Origin: Kiritimatiellia bacterium
GTDB lineage: Bacteria; Verrucomicrobiota; Kiritimatiellia; RFP12; UBA1067
Length of the DNA stretch: 64,000 nt
Assembly (NCBI GenBank): GCA_017450695.1
Contig: JAFSTA010000164.1
Span: 37,878-101,877 of the forward strand
Direction: 5' to 3'
Below the pieces are notes generated by a model, which saw only the letters and a program-made list of their open reading frames with translations, was not told the origin of the DNA and did no database searches. The translations under genes and the position numbers were made by a program. Of this stretch, positions 47,747 through 57,438 are shown one piece after another (within the stretch, counting starts at the first letter, position 1; each line of letters starts with the position of its first letter).

Positions 47747-48823
47747 ATGGCACGTGTTTACAATTTCAGCGCGGGACCTGCGGTTCTGCCGCTTGAGGCG
47801 CTTCAGGATGCACAACAGGATCTCGTGGATTACAAGGGATCGGGAATGTCCGTGATGGAGATGTCCCATCGCGGAAAGGAATACGACGCCCTCCACAACG
47901 AGGCGATCGCGAATCTCCACGAGCTGTTGGGCGTGGGCGATGACTATCAGGTTCTTTTCCTGCAGGGTGGTGCCAGCCTTCAGTTCGCCATGCTGCCGAT
48001 GAATTTCCTCGGGGCGGGGCAGACCGCTGATTATGTCAATTCCGGACACTGGGGCGCAGCCGCGATCAAGCAGGCGCAGATTATCGGGAACGTCAATGTG
48101 GTTGCGGATACTTCGAAGGATTTGCCCGCGCGAATGCCCGATCTCTCCGGCGTGGCGTGGACGCCCGGTGCGGTCTATGCGCACATGACGACCAACGAGA
48201 CGATTTCCGGTGCGCAATACAAGGAGATGCCGACGGTGGCGGCTCCTCTGGTGGCCGATATGTCCTCGGATATTCTTTCCTGCCCGCGCGACTACAACCG
48301 CTTCGCGATGTTCTACGCGGGCGCGCAGAAGAATCTTGGCCCATCCGGTGTGGCGTTGGTTGTGATCCGCAAGGATTTCGCGGCCGAGGCTGGGAAGGCA
48401 TTGCCGGCGATGCTGCGCTACCAGACCCACATTGACAAGAATTCCCTTTACAACACGCCTCCGTGCTTCAGCATCTACATGATCTGCCTGACGACCCGTT
48501 GGCTGAAACAGGTCGGAATCGAGAACCTCTACCGCCAGAACGTCGAGAAGGCCAAGAAGATTTATGACGTGCTGGATTCTTCCAGTTTCTATCGCGGCAC
48601 GGCGGAGAAGGCGTATCGCTCTGACATGAATGTCACCTTCCGTACCCCTACCGAGGAGCTGGACGCGCTCTTCGTCAAACAGGCGGGCGAGAACGGGATG
48701 AAGCAGTTGAAGGGACACCGTTCCGTCGGCGGAATTCGTGCCTCGATCTACAACGCTTTCCCGATGGCGGGCGTAGATTGCCTCGTGGACTTCATGAAAG
48801 AGTTCGAGCAGCGGAACGGGTAG
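47747..48823 (+). CDS. serC: Phosphoserine aminotransferase
   Basis: YNFSAGPAVLP, MEMSHR, LFLQGGA, DMSS, YAGAQKNLGP, KGHRSVGGIRASIYNA. Confidence 0.97.
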   Translation: MARVYNFSAGPAVLPLEALQDAQQDLVDYKGSGMSVMEMSHRGKEYDALHNEAIANLHELLGVGDDYQVLFLQGGASLQFAMLPMNFLGAGQTADYVNSGHWGAAAIKQAQIIGNVNVVADTSKDLPARMPDLSGVAWTPGAVYAHMTTNETISGAQYKEMPTVAAPLVADMSSDILSCPRDYNRFAMFYAGAQKNLGPSGVALVVIRKDFAAEAGKALPAMLRYQTHIDKNSLYNTPPCFSIYMICLTTRWLKQVGIENLYRQNVEKAKKIYDVLDSSSFYRGTAEKAYRSDMNVTFRTPTEELDALFVKQAGENGMKQLKGHRSVGGIRASIYNAFPMAGVDCLVDFMKEFEQRNG

Positions 48824-48826
48824 GGG

Positions 48827-49333
48827 ATGGAAGCCTTGCGCGTAATGGGCGTTGACACGTCGCTTCGTTCCACGGGAATCGGAATTCTTGATGCCGTCGG
48901 TTCGACGATGCGCCCCGTCTATTACGGTTTGATCAAGAATGCGCGGGATGTGCCTTTGTCGGCGTGTCTCGCGCATCTTCGTGCCGAGATTGAGACGCTG
49001 ATCACGCAATACACGCCGGCGGCGGTGGCTATCGAGAGTGTGTTCTACGGCAAGAACGTGAAGACCATGCTCTTGCTGGCGCATGCGCGCGGAACCGTAA
49101 TTGCCCAGTGCGCCACGCTTGTGATTCCCGTTTTCCAGTACGAGCCGCGTCGTGTCAAGCAGGCTGTCGTGGGATTCGGCGGGGCGGAGAAGATTCAGGT
49201 GCAGTGCATGATCCGCTCGCTGTTGGCGTTGGATACCGAGCCTCCCGATGACGCGGCGGATGCGCTCGCGCTCGCCATCACCCACCTTCACTGCCATACC
49301 GGAATTGCGGCGCTCTCCGATCAGCCGATATGA
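48827..49333 (+). CDS. ruvC: Holliday junction resolvase RuvC
   Basis: MGVDTSL.STG, VAIESVF, HARG, YEPRRVKQAVVG.G.AEK.QV, DDAADALALAI. Confidence 0.92.
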   Translation: MEALRVMGVDTSLRSTGIGILDAVGSTMRPVYYGLIKNARDVPLSACLAHLRAEIETLITQYTPAAVAIESVFYGKNVKTMLLLAHARGTVIAQCATLVIPVFQYEPRRVKQAVVGFGGAEKIQVQCMIRSLLALDTEPPDDAADALALAITHLHCHTGIAALSDQPI

Positions 49334-49381
49334 TCGGAATTCAGATTCCGGAACGTGTCCCGGTGTCGGACGGAGGCAGGT

Positions 49382-50026
49382 ATGAAAATCTGCAAGCGAA
49401 CCTTGGAGACCTTGTGCCGACTCGCGAAGTCGGGGCGCGTTGTCGTGTTTGACACGGAGACGACCGGCGGGATGTCCTGGGACGAGATTTGCCAAATCTC
49501 GGCGGTCGAGTATGTCGAGGGAAGATTCACGCGTTCCCTGAACGTGTATCTCTGCCCGACCTGTGAAATCAATCCGTGGGCTGAACGTGTCCACGGGCTT
49601 TCGTTGGAGTATTTGCAGGAACACGGTGTTGATCCCGAAGAAGGGATGCGCCGTTTTTTTGATTTCTTGGGAAACGATGTCTTGCTGGTGGCGCACAACA
49701 ATCGTTTCGATATGAGGATGGTGCAGCAGGAATGTGTCAAGTTCCATCTGCAATTTGAACCGGTTGGTGTCGAGACCTGCGATACGCTGGCCCTGTCGCG
49801 CCATCTGCGCCCGGATTTGGAAAGCCACAAGCTGGCGGTCCTGATTGAGGCTTTGGGTGTGGAAGGCGTCAACAGCCACAATGCGCTTGATGACGCTTTT
49901 GCCTGTGCGGGCGTATTCTGGAAGCTCCTCGAACAGGTGGACTCGGGGCCGCCGGAACAGCACGAGTTGCCGCTCTTTCCCGAAACGGCTGGACACAACG
50001 CGCCAGCTGAAAAGCGGAGAGGCTGA
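49382..50026 (+). CDS. DEDDh 3'-5' exonuclease (DnaQ-like)
   Basis: VFDTETTG, LVAHNNRFD, CDTL, HNALDDA. Confidence 0.88.
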   Translation: MKICKRTLETLCRLAKSGRVVVFDTETTGGMSWDEICQISAVEYVEGRFTRSLNVYLCPTCEINPWAERVHGLSLEYLQEHGVDPEEGMRRFFDFLGNDVLLVAHNNRFDMRMVQQECVKFHLQFEPVGVETCDTLALSRHLRPDLESHKLAVLIEALGVEGVNSHNALDDAFACAGVFWKLLEQVDSGPPEQHELPLFPETAGHNAPAEKRRG

Positions 50027-50055
50027 GAAGCGAATGAAAGGCGGCATGGCTTTGG

Positions 50056-50437
50056 ATGGTTAAATGATGAAATGGTTCAATCGCCGCTGACGCGGCTTTA
50101 ACTCGACCGGATCCACTCGTCGGCAGTTCGTCAATTTACCCATTTAAAGCGAAGCGGTTTACCTTTCCCAACATTCCTCTGTTGGATAATTTGGAAAAAA
50201 CACGGAACCCACGGAACGGATCCATGAGGATGTGGCTGGGGTCTCCTGATTCCCCAGTCGGCTGGTATCTGGTATCACACGTTGCACAATGTGATACCAA
50301 ACAAAAGACAAAGAAACAGAGGCGGAATCGGAACGGATGATTATTCTGTGTGTTCCGTGTATTCCGTGGTCCTCTAATTGTCCAACGACGGAATCACGTT
50401 CACGAAACTTGGGATTATCCCGTGTATTCCGTGGTTG
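50056..50437. repeat. Composite intergenic repeat and palindrome cluster
   Basis: ATGGTTAA-type units plus AATCGCC..GCGGCTTTAA (50056-50101) with inverted partner at 50141-50163; CACGGAA/TTCCGTG 9-bp-unit inverted repeats (50200-50437); perfect IR TGGTATCACA-N10-TGTGATACCA (50270-50299). Confidence 0.7.
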
Positions 50438-50580
50438 TTTTTCGTTCAAAAACGGCGGTGAATTCCAGAGATGCCCCCGGCTTGATGTCAAGTCAAGTTT
50501 TGTATTTCCACGGGGGGATAACTTCGGTATAATACAGGGCGAGTTTGTTGACACAAGAGTGAGTAGAGTTGAGGTCTGCT

Positions 50581-50919
50581 ATGACGATTGTTGAAATTGT
50601 GGAGAAGATGGGAGCCGAGATTCTTGTGAAGGGCGAGGAATCGGAAACCCCAGTTAAGTTTGTCGTCTCTTCGGACTTGATGAGCGATGTGCTGGTTGTG
50701 GATGAGGAGAACATTTTGTTGTTGACCTCCTTGGCGAGCGATCAGGTTTTGCGCACGGCGCAGATTGTCGGTGCGGTTGGTGTGATCGTAGTCAACGGGA
50801 AACCGTTGCCTTCCTCTATGGTGAATGTCGCGAATGATTTGCGTATGACGTTGGCCACTACGAAACTTTCCCAGTACGAGGCGTGTATCGCCGTTTACGA
50901 AATTTTGAAACAGTCATGA
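50581..50919 (+). CDS. DRTGG domain protein
   Basis: SSDLMSDVL, LLLTSL..QVLRTA, VNGK, YEAC; TATAAT at 50528. Confidence 0.85.
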   Translation: MTIVEIVEKMGAEILVKGEESETPVKFVVSSDLMSDVLVVDEENILLLTSLASDQVLRTAQIVGAVGVIVVNGKPLPSSMVNVANDLRMTLATTKLSQYEACIAVYEILKQS

Positions 50920-51893
50920 GCGACACGACGAACGAAACCGGAAAAGATCCGATGAAGGCGGCGTTTCCGCCGCCGGACGGTGTTCAGTATGAGGGACAGC
51001 CGCTTGTACTGCTGGAACTGATTCAGCGGCTCAAGGTGCGTGACGTGATGACGAAAGATCCGCCATCTGTCGCTCCCTCCGTCACAATGCGCGAGGTGCA
51101 GACACTGATGCGTACCCAAAAGATCAGCGGGGTTCCCGTGGTCGAAAACGAACGCTTTTACGGGTTGGTTTCCCTCGACGATATCATCCGTGCGCTGGAC
51201 GGCGGGTATATCGACGAGCCGTGTGCGGACCACATGACCACGAAGCTGGTTGACCTGGAAGATGACATGCCGCTTTCGTTTGCGCTGCGTTATTTTGACC
51301 GGTACCACTATGGTCGCTTCCCTGTGATCAGTCGCGGGCAGAGGCTGGTAGGAATCATCACCCAGCGAGACATCAACCGCGCCCTTCTGGTAGAGCTGAC
51401 AAATGAACTCAACCGGTTGGAGAGCCAGACGACCACGAACGGGGACGATCCTTCTTCCGGTCTTTACGTATTGCGAGAATTTCCGATTTGCAAGTACGAT
51501 TTCGAGAATGCGGGCAAGGCCGCGAACCAGATCAAGAAGGTCCTGCAGGAAAAACAGTTCCCGTCCAAGATTATCCGTCGCATCGCGGTTGCCGCCTACG
51601 AGTTGGAGATCAATCTCTGCGTGCATTCGGACGGCGGGGTGCTCTCGTGGAAGATCGTGAACGGCAAGTCGGAGATCGTATCCCGCGATGCGGGGCCGGG
51701 AATCGAAGACGTGGAGTGGGCGTGCCGCGATGGCACTTCCACCGCCAGCGAATGGATCCGTTCCCTGGGGTTTGGTGCCGGGATGGGGCTCGCCAACGTG
51801 AAACGCGTTTCGGACGAGTTTGAAATCTCGTCCAAGAAGGGGACTGGTACCATCATCAAATCCACGATTACGCTTTCCCACGTGACGAGTTAG
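50916..51893 (+). CDS. CBS-pair plus anti-sigma-factor/HATPase_c-like kinase fusion
   Basis: Two CBS domains (ISGVPVV, GRFPVI), then DFENAGKAA, AYELEIN, DAGPGI, GFGAGMGLANVKR. Confidence 0.85.
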   Translation: MSDTTNETGKDPMKAAFPPPDGVQYEGQPLVLLELIQRLKVRDVMTKDPPSVAPSVTMREVQTLMRTQKISGVPVVENERFYGLVSLDDIIRALDGGYIDEPCADHMTTKLVDLEDDMPLSFALRYFDRYHYGRFPVISRGQRLVGIITQRDINRALLVELTNELNRLESQTTTNGDDPSSGLYVLREFPICKYDFENAGKAANQIKKVLQEKQFPSKIIRRIAVAAYELEINLCVHSDGGVLSWKIVNGKSEIVSRDAGPGIEDVEWACRDGTSTASEWIRSLGFGAGMGLANVKRVSDEFEISSKKGTGTIIKSTITLSHVTS

Positions 51894-51978
51894 CGTGTCA
51901 AGTTGTGCGGTGTGCTGGCGGCGGACTATTGCTCAGAAGGTAGAACGGGAACAACTCCAAGGACAACTGTCATTCAAC

Positions 51979-52186
51979 GCGCGGGCTAACTCGCCCGCGC
52001 CCGTTGCAAATCTAGCTGCCGGTTGAACGGAACGCTGGTTTTTAGATAGGGGGAACACGCGGGCGAGTTAGCCCGCGCACCTTCTACATGGTTCTTCCCG
52101 ATGTTGTCTCTGTTGTTTCCCAGTCCTCGTCTATAAGTTGACCGGATAAGCGTGTTCAACCGGCAGGCTCGTCGCCCGCGCGCCAC
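51979..52186. repeat. REP/REPIN-like cluster
   Basis: Perfect 21-bp IR 51979-51999/52058-52078, perfect 13-bp IR 52016-52028/52154-52166, third related hairpin 52162-52186. Confidence 0.75.
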
Positions 52187-52365
52187 ATGGGAATGGAAAT
52201 GAGGATAAGTTCCTATCCTTCTACCACCCAACCACCCAACCTTGAGCTGATGCCAAGCTCCCCGCTAAATTTTCGGTATCGACAATTCTTGGTTTTTGGT
52301 GCATACTAGTCAAAGCGATTTTGCAAATAGGGTTTCCATCGGGAAACAGGAAAGTGGTGAAAGCT

Positions 52366-55308
52366 ATGGATAGTGCAGAACAGGCGAACATTGTGACGGA
52401 TCCGATCGATGAAGCGAAGTGCCCAAAATGTGGAGCGGCTTTGGAAGTCGGTGGCATTCCTGCGTTTACCGAAATCGAATGTCCGACATGTCAGGCGACC
52501 TTCCCCGTGCCGGCAAAATTCGGGAATTTCCTTTTGCTGAAGTGCCTCGGTCAGGGGGGGATGGGCGGTGTCTATCAGGCGATGGACACGGGGCTCAACC
52601 GCGAGGTGGGCATCAAGGTAATGCTGAAGAGCCTCGGGGACGATCCGCAGTTCGTCGAGAACTTCCAGCGTGAGGCGCAGGCTGCCGCCAAACTCAACAA
52701 TCCCAACATCGCCCAGATTTACGCGTTCGGCAAAGAGAACGGGCAGCCCTATATCGCGATGGAACTGTTGACCGGCGGCAGCCTCGACAAGATGATGGCG
52801 AAAGACGGTCCGCTGGATCCCGGTATCGTCATGCGCATCGGTGAACAGATCGCGCGGGGGCTGAGCGACGCCGCCGACGCGGGACTGGTTCACGGCGATG
52901 TCAAGCCGGAGAACATCCTTTTCGACAATGACCACAACGCCAAACTCGTCGATTTCGGTCTGGCGGCGATGATGTCGCCCGAAAATGAAATCTGGGGAAC
53001 TCCGTATTACATCTCGCCGGAAAAGGTGTTGCGGCAGAAGACGGATTTCCGCGCGGACATCTACTCGCTGGGCGGGACGCTCTACCATGCGATTTGCGGT
53101 GTGCCGCCCTTCGATGGCCCCGACCCGTCGGCGGTTGTCAAGGCGCGTTTCGAGACCCCGCTGAAACCGATGTCGGAGATTCGCAAGGGAATCTCGCCGG
53201 AGCTGGAGGCGATCATCGCGCGTATGTTGGAGACGGATCCTGCCAAGCGCTATCCGACCTACCGTTCGCTCTTGAACGATATCGAAAAATATCTCAAGAC
53301 GATCGGCCCCGTGTCGATGAAGGCGAAGAAAAAGATCGTGATTAAGGGATCCAAGGCGGCCAGTGCGGCCACCGCCGCGCCGTCGGCGTCGGACACGCAG
53401 TTGCCCGAAGGTATGACGCCGATCACCGATCTGGAGACGGGTGCGGAGTTGACGCCCATCACGGATATTGAGGAAGAGGACAACCGGGCGGACAAGTATC
53501 GCGGCTGCAAGCTCTTCGCCTTGATCGGACTCGGGTTCGTCCTGTTGGCCGGCTTGGGTGTCGGCGGCTGGTTCTGGTATGACGCCGCGCAGGAGAAGGG
53601 GAAGGAAAAACAGGAACAGCGTGCCTTGGTTGACGGGATTGAGAAGTATCGCGCAGCGATTCAGGACCATGTCCAGAAGGCGAACCTTTCCCTCGACAAG
53701 GTGAAGAAGTATCCCGAAGAGGCGTTGAAGATCGCCGACGGGATCGCGGCGGAGGTGGGCGAGGTTTTGAACGAGTCGGCGCGCGAACAGCTGAAGAAGG
53801 TGGAGGTACCCGAACTTCCGTTGCCGCCCGAATTCAGTGATCAGCCCGAGCAGGGACAGCAGGCGGCGGCAGCTCCGCAGAACGCGGAGACGAACGCGCC
53901 CGCCGCGAGCACCAATGCGGTCGCCGATGCGGGGGCGCTCACCAACAAGCTGGCCGAGATCCAGAAGAAGGTTCTCGACAGTTTTGCGAAGGCGAAAATG
54001 AAGCCCGAAGACATGGCGAAAATCATGATGCAGGCGCAATTGGGCCAGCTGAAAGAATTGCCGCCCGCGCTGGCCGCCGTGACGAACGAGGCTATCGCGC
54101 TGTTGAAAGATGTGCCGGTCGATGAGTTGCTGAAACTCCCCGAGGCTGCCGCCATTCCCGAACCGATGAAGCAGTTTCTGAAAAAGCAGCTGGAGACGGC
54201 TGGAGTTGCCGCCGCGCCTGCGGCAGAGGAGACCCCTGCGGAGGAAGCGCAGCCGGAACAGCAACAGGAAGAAGAGCCGAATGACGGCGCGACAATCGTC
54301 GCCTCCGTACAAGGTGTGTACGAGGAGGTCTATCAGATTCAAGCCGCGTACTCGCTGGCGGAACGTATGGTCGCGAAGATCAAGGAGACCGCGCAGGAGG
54401 CCGAGAAGTACAAGGAGGACAACCAGACGACGCATGATGCCCTGAAGAAGATCATGGATCGGATCAGCAAGATGTATCAGATGTTTGTCACGGATACGCA
54501 CATCACCAAGATGGGGAGTGCCGTCGCCCGGATCCGCAAGGCGCCCGATTCCGTCCGCACGGAAATCTCCTCGCTGCTGGAGATGAGGCGTCAGGCGAAG
54601 CTCGCCGCGGAAAAGAAGGCGAAGGAGGAGGCGGAAGCCGCCCAACGCCAGAAGGAGGCGGAAGAGCTGAAGGCGAAGACCGATGCGGAGGTGCAGAAGG
54701 TTCTCGCCGGCGAGCAGATCATCCTCGAAAATCTCAAGGATCTGGAGTTCAAGAAGGCTCTCCGCAATCTGGACGAGATTAAGGAGGAGCTAGAAACGGA
54801 CGGCGGCAAAGATGCGTTGACCAATGCCAAGTTGCGCGTGCGTGGTCTGGAGGCTTTCCACGACCACATGGTCACGAATGTCGTTGGCTACAAGTCTGCG
54901 CGTGGATGGTCCATCAGCGCATCGGATAAACGCCAGATCACGCTGAACGGTAAGAACAAGATCCTGTGGAAGGAGATCTACAACAACCGGACGGAAATTT
55001 TTGTCGAGCTGCTTCGCAGCAAGGTTGATAATGACGACGAGATGAAGAGTCTGCTGTTGAGTCAGCGCAGGAAACTTCTGCAGAACGCCGCGTTGGCCTT
55101 GATGGTCTTCTGTCAGGGCGGTCCGTACGCGGCCTCCGCGAAGAAGGAGGCGAAGCGGCTGGTTGACAAGGCGATTGAAAAGATGGATGTGCCGGAAGAG
55201 GATGTCAAGTTGCTGATACCCGCTTTGTACGAAGAGGCCGCGCCGCTCGCGCCTGCGGCTTCGGATGCCAACGAGAAGGAAGAAAAAGAAGAGAAGGAGG
55301 ATAAGTAG
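52366..55308 (+). CDS. Membrane Ser/Thr protein kinase with N-terminal zinc ribbon
   Basis: CPKC..CPTC; LGQGGMGGVY, VGIKVM, HGDVKPEN, DFG, GTPYYISPE, DIYSLG; one TM; long helical C-terminus. Confidence 0.9.
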   Translation: MDSAEQANIVTDPIDEAKCPKCGAALEVGGIPAFTEIECPTCQATFPVPAKFGNFLLLKCLGQGGMGGVYQAMDTGLNREVGIKVMLKSLGDDPQFVENFQREAQAAAKLNNPNIAQIYAFGKENGQPYIAMELLTGGSLDKMMAKDGPLDPGIVMRIGEQIARGLSDAADAGLVHGDVKPENILFDNDHNAKLVDFGLAAMMSPENEIWGTPYYISPEKVLRQKTDFRADIYSLGGTLYHAICGVPPFDGPDPSAVVKARFETPLKPMSEIRKGISPELEAIIARMLETDPAKRYPTYRSLLNDIEKYLKTIGPVSMKAKKKIVIKGSKAASAATAAPSASDTQLPEGMTPITDLETGAELTPITDIEEEDNRADKYRGCKLFALIGLGFVLLAGLGVGGWFWYDAAQEKGKEKQEQRALVDGIEKYRAAIQDHVQKANLSLDKVKKYPEEALKIADGIAAEVGEVLNESAREQLKKVEVPELPLPPEFSDQPEQGQQAAAAPQNAETNAPAASTNAVADAGALTNKLAEIQKKVLDSFAKAKMKPEDMAKIMMQAQLGQLKELPPALAAVTNEAIALLKDVPVDELLKLPEAAAIPEPMKQFLKKQLETAGVAAAPAAEETPAEEAQPEQQQEEEPNDGATIVASVQGVYEEVYQIQAAYSLAERMVAKIKETAQEAEKYKEDNQTTHDALKKIMDRISKMYQMFVTDTHITKMGSAVARIRKAPDSVRTEISSLLEMRRQAKLAAEKKAKEEAEAAQRQKEAEELKAKTDAEVQKVLAGEQIILENLKDLEFKKALRNLDEIKEELETDGGKDALTNAKLRVRGLEAFHDHMVTNVVGYKSARGWSISASDKRQITLNGKNKILWKEIYNNRTEIFVELLRSKVDNDDEMKSLLLSQRRKLLQNAALALMVFCQGGPYAASAKKEAKRLVDKAIEKMDVPEEDVKLLIPALYEEAAPLAPAASDANEKEEKEEKEDK

Positions 55309-55310
55309 TC

Positions 55311-57296
55311 ATGCAGGGAATTCACATTACGGGATTGGACGCAACGATCATTGTCGTCTTTCTGCTGTCCGTGATTTCGATCGGAGTGGCGGCCACGAAG
55401 AAAGCCAGCAAGAGCGCGGCGGATTTCTTCCTGTCCGGGCGCTCGATGCCGTGGTGGCTGCTGGGCGTTTCCATGGTCGCCTGCACCTTTTCGTGCGACA
55501 CGCCGAACCTCGTGACGGACATCGTCCGCCGGCAGGGCGTTTCCGGGAACTGGGCCTGGTGGGCGTTTCTGCTCACGGGTATGCTGACCGTTTTCGTCTA
55601 TGCCAAGCTCTGGCGCCGTTCCGCGTTGAACACGGATCTCGGTTTTTACGAGATCCGGTACAGCGGCAAGCCGGCCGCCATTCTGCGCGGATTCCGCGCC
55701 CTCTACCTCGGTGTGTTCTTCAACGTGATGATCATGGGGTCCGTTTCGTTGGCGGCGATCAAGATCGGTCAGGTCATCTTCGGTCTCTCTCCCTTGATGA
55801 CGCTGGTTTACGCCATGATCGGCGTCGGCATCTACGCGACGCTGGGCGGTTTGACCGGTTCGATCTGGGCTGACTTCTACCAGTATTCCATCGCCATGAT
55901 CGGCGCGATCTTCGCCGCCGTTTACGCGATTAAGACCTCCGACCTCGGCGGGTTCTCCTCCATGTCCGGCATGATCGACAAGTTCGGCGAACTGGGCATT
56001 CAGGCGAAGCTCTCGCTCTTCCCGTCCTTCTCCGAGGGGGGACTCTCCACGGTGATGACGATCCTGATCCTGCCGGTCGCGATCCAGTGGTGGAACGTCT
56101 GGTATCCCGGGGCTGAACCGGGGGGCGGCGGGTACATTGCCCAGCGTATGCTTTCCGCCAAGGACGAGAAGAACGCGGTCGGCGCGACGCTGCTGTTCAA
56201 CTTCCTGCACTACGCCATCCGCTCGTGGCCGTGGTTGCTGGTGGCGCTGGCGTCCCTGATCGTTTTCCCGATCACCCCGACGGCGGAGAAGGATGCCGCC
56301 AAGGCATGGCTCAAGGACAACGCGGCCATCGTGCAGACCTACGAGAACGAGCAGACCAAGCTGGTCGCGGAGCAGGTCGCGCTCATCCGCCAGAAACGCG
56401 CGGAGGCGAACGGGATCGGGAGTCTGGCGAAAGCCTTCCCGAAAGTCGATGAGCATTACCTGAAGGACGACTTGGCGTATCCCGCCATGATCTCCCGTAT
56501 GCCGAAAGGCTGGCTCGGTTTGATCGTCGCCTCGCTGATCGCCGCCTATATGTCCACCATCGCCACGCAGTTGAACTGGGGATCGTCCTACGTCGTGCAG
56601 GACTTCTACCTCCGTTTCATCAACCCCTCGGCTGATTCCAAAAAGGCCGTCGCGGTCGGGCGGATTTCGATGGTGTCGCTTCTGGTGTTGACCGCGCTGG
56701 TCGCGCTTTGGCTGCAGAGCGCGAAGGACTCCTTCGACATCTTGCTCCAGATCGGTGCGGGTACGGGTCTGCTCTACATCCTGCGCTGGTTCTGGTGGCG
56801 CATCAATGCGTGGAGCGAAATCTCCGCGATGATCATTTCCTTCCTCGTGGCCTGTTTCTTCCAGTGGGCGGCAGGACCGCTCGGCGTCGAGTCCGCGCTG
56901 GAAAACGCGGGGATGCTGAAGGTGATGGACTACAGTTCCTGGAAACTGATCATCGGCGTGTTGATCACGACGATCGGCTGGGTTTGCGTGACCTACCTGA
57001 CCAAGCCGGAAAAGGAAGAAATCCTCACCTCCTTCTGCCAGAAGATTCACGCGGGGGGACCGGGATGGAAACAGATCGCGGCGAAACTCTCCGAGGCAGA
57101 CCATCCGAAAGAAGCCTGGGACGTGCCGACCGGAATCCTCTGCATGATGATCGGCTGCCTCGCCGTGTGGTCCTTCCTCTTCGGTATCGGATACCTGCTC
57201 TACGGACAGCAGACGCTGGGCATCGTGCTCGTCGTCATTTCCGTTGTTTCGACAACCGGTTTGATGAAACTTGCCGGGAAAATCAAGCTGAGCTGA
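55311..57296 (+). CDS. Sodium:solute symporter family protein
   Basis: DFFLSGRSMPWWLLGVSMVA, GGGGYIAQRMLSAKDE, AAYMSTI.TQLNWGSSY; multi-TM. Confidence 0.92.
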   Translation: MQGIHITGLDATIIVVFLLSVISIGVAATKKASKSAADFFLSGRSMPWWLLGVSMVACTFSCDTPNLVTDIVRRQGVSGNWAWWAFLLTGMLTVFVYAKLWRRSALNTDLGFYEIRYSGKPAAILRGFRALYLGVFFNVMIMGSVSLAAIKIGQVIFGLSPLMTLVYAMIGVGIYATLGGLTGSIWADFYQYSIAMIGAIFAAVYAIKTSDLGGFSSMSGMIDKFGELGIQAKLSLFPSFSEGGLSTVMTILILPVAIQWWNVWYPGAEPGGGGYIAQRMLSAKDEKNAVGATLLFNFLHYAIRSWPWLLVALASLIVFPITPTAEKDAAKAWLKDNAAIVQTYENEQTKLVAEQVALIRQKRAEANGIGSLAKAFPKVDEHYLKDDLAYPAMISRMPKGWLGLIVASLIAAYMSTIATQLNWGSSYVVQDFYLRFINPSADSKKAVAVGRISMVSLLVLTALVALWLQSAKDSFDILLQIGAGTGLLYILRWFWWRINAWSEISAMIISFLVACFFQWAAGPLGVESALENAGMLKVMDYSSWKLIIGVLITTIGWVCVTYLTKPEKEEILTSFCQKIHAGGPGWKQIAAKLSEADHPKEAWDVPTGILCMMIGCLAVWSFLFGIGYLLYGQQTLGIVLVVISVVSTTGLMKLAGKIKLS

Positions 57297-57325
57297 CGGC
57301 CGGTCGCTTTGCTCCCCTTAAATGG

Positions 57326-57438
57326 TTAAATCGCCTTGCGGCTTTAAATCGCCTTACGGCTTTACATCGCCCTACGGCTTTAAATCGCCTTGCGGCTTTA
57401 AATCGCCTTGCGGCTTTAAATCGCCTTGCGGCTTTAAA
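57326..57438. repeat. 18-bp tandem repeat, 6 units
   Basis: (TTAAATCGCCTTGCGGCT)x6, with units 2 and 3 variant, then TTAAA and an inverted related unit to about 57457. Confidence 0.92.

Noticed and set aside
50270-50299. Rex or CRP operator
   Set aside because: Orientation and spacing (TCACA-N10-TGTGA) match neither TTGTGAA-N4-TTCACAA nor TGTGA-N6-TCACA.
57326-57438. CRISPR array
   Set aside because: Head-to-tail 18-bp units without unique spacers; no cas genes.
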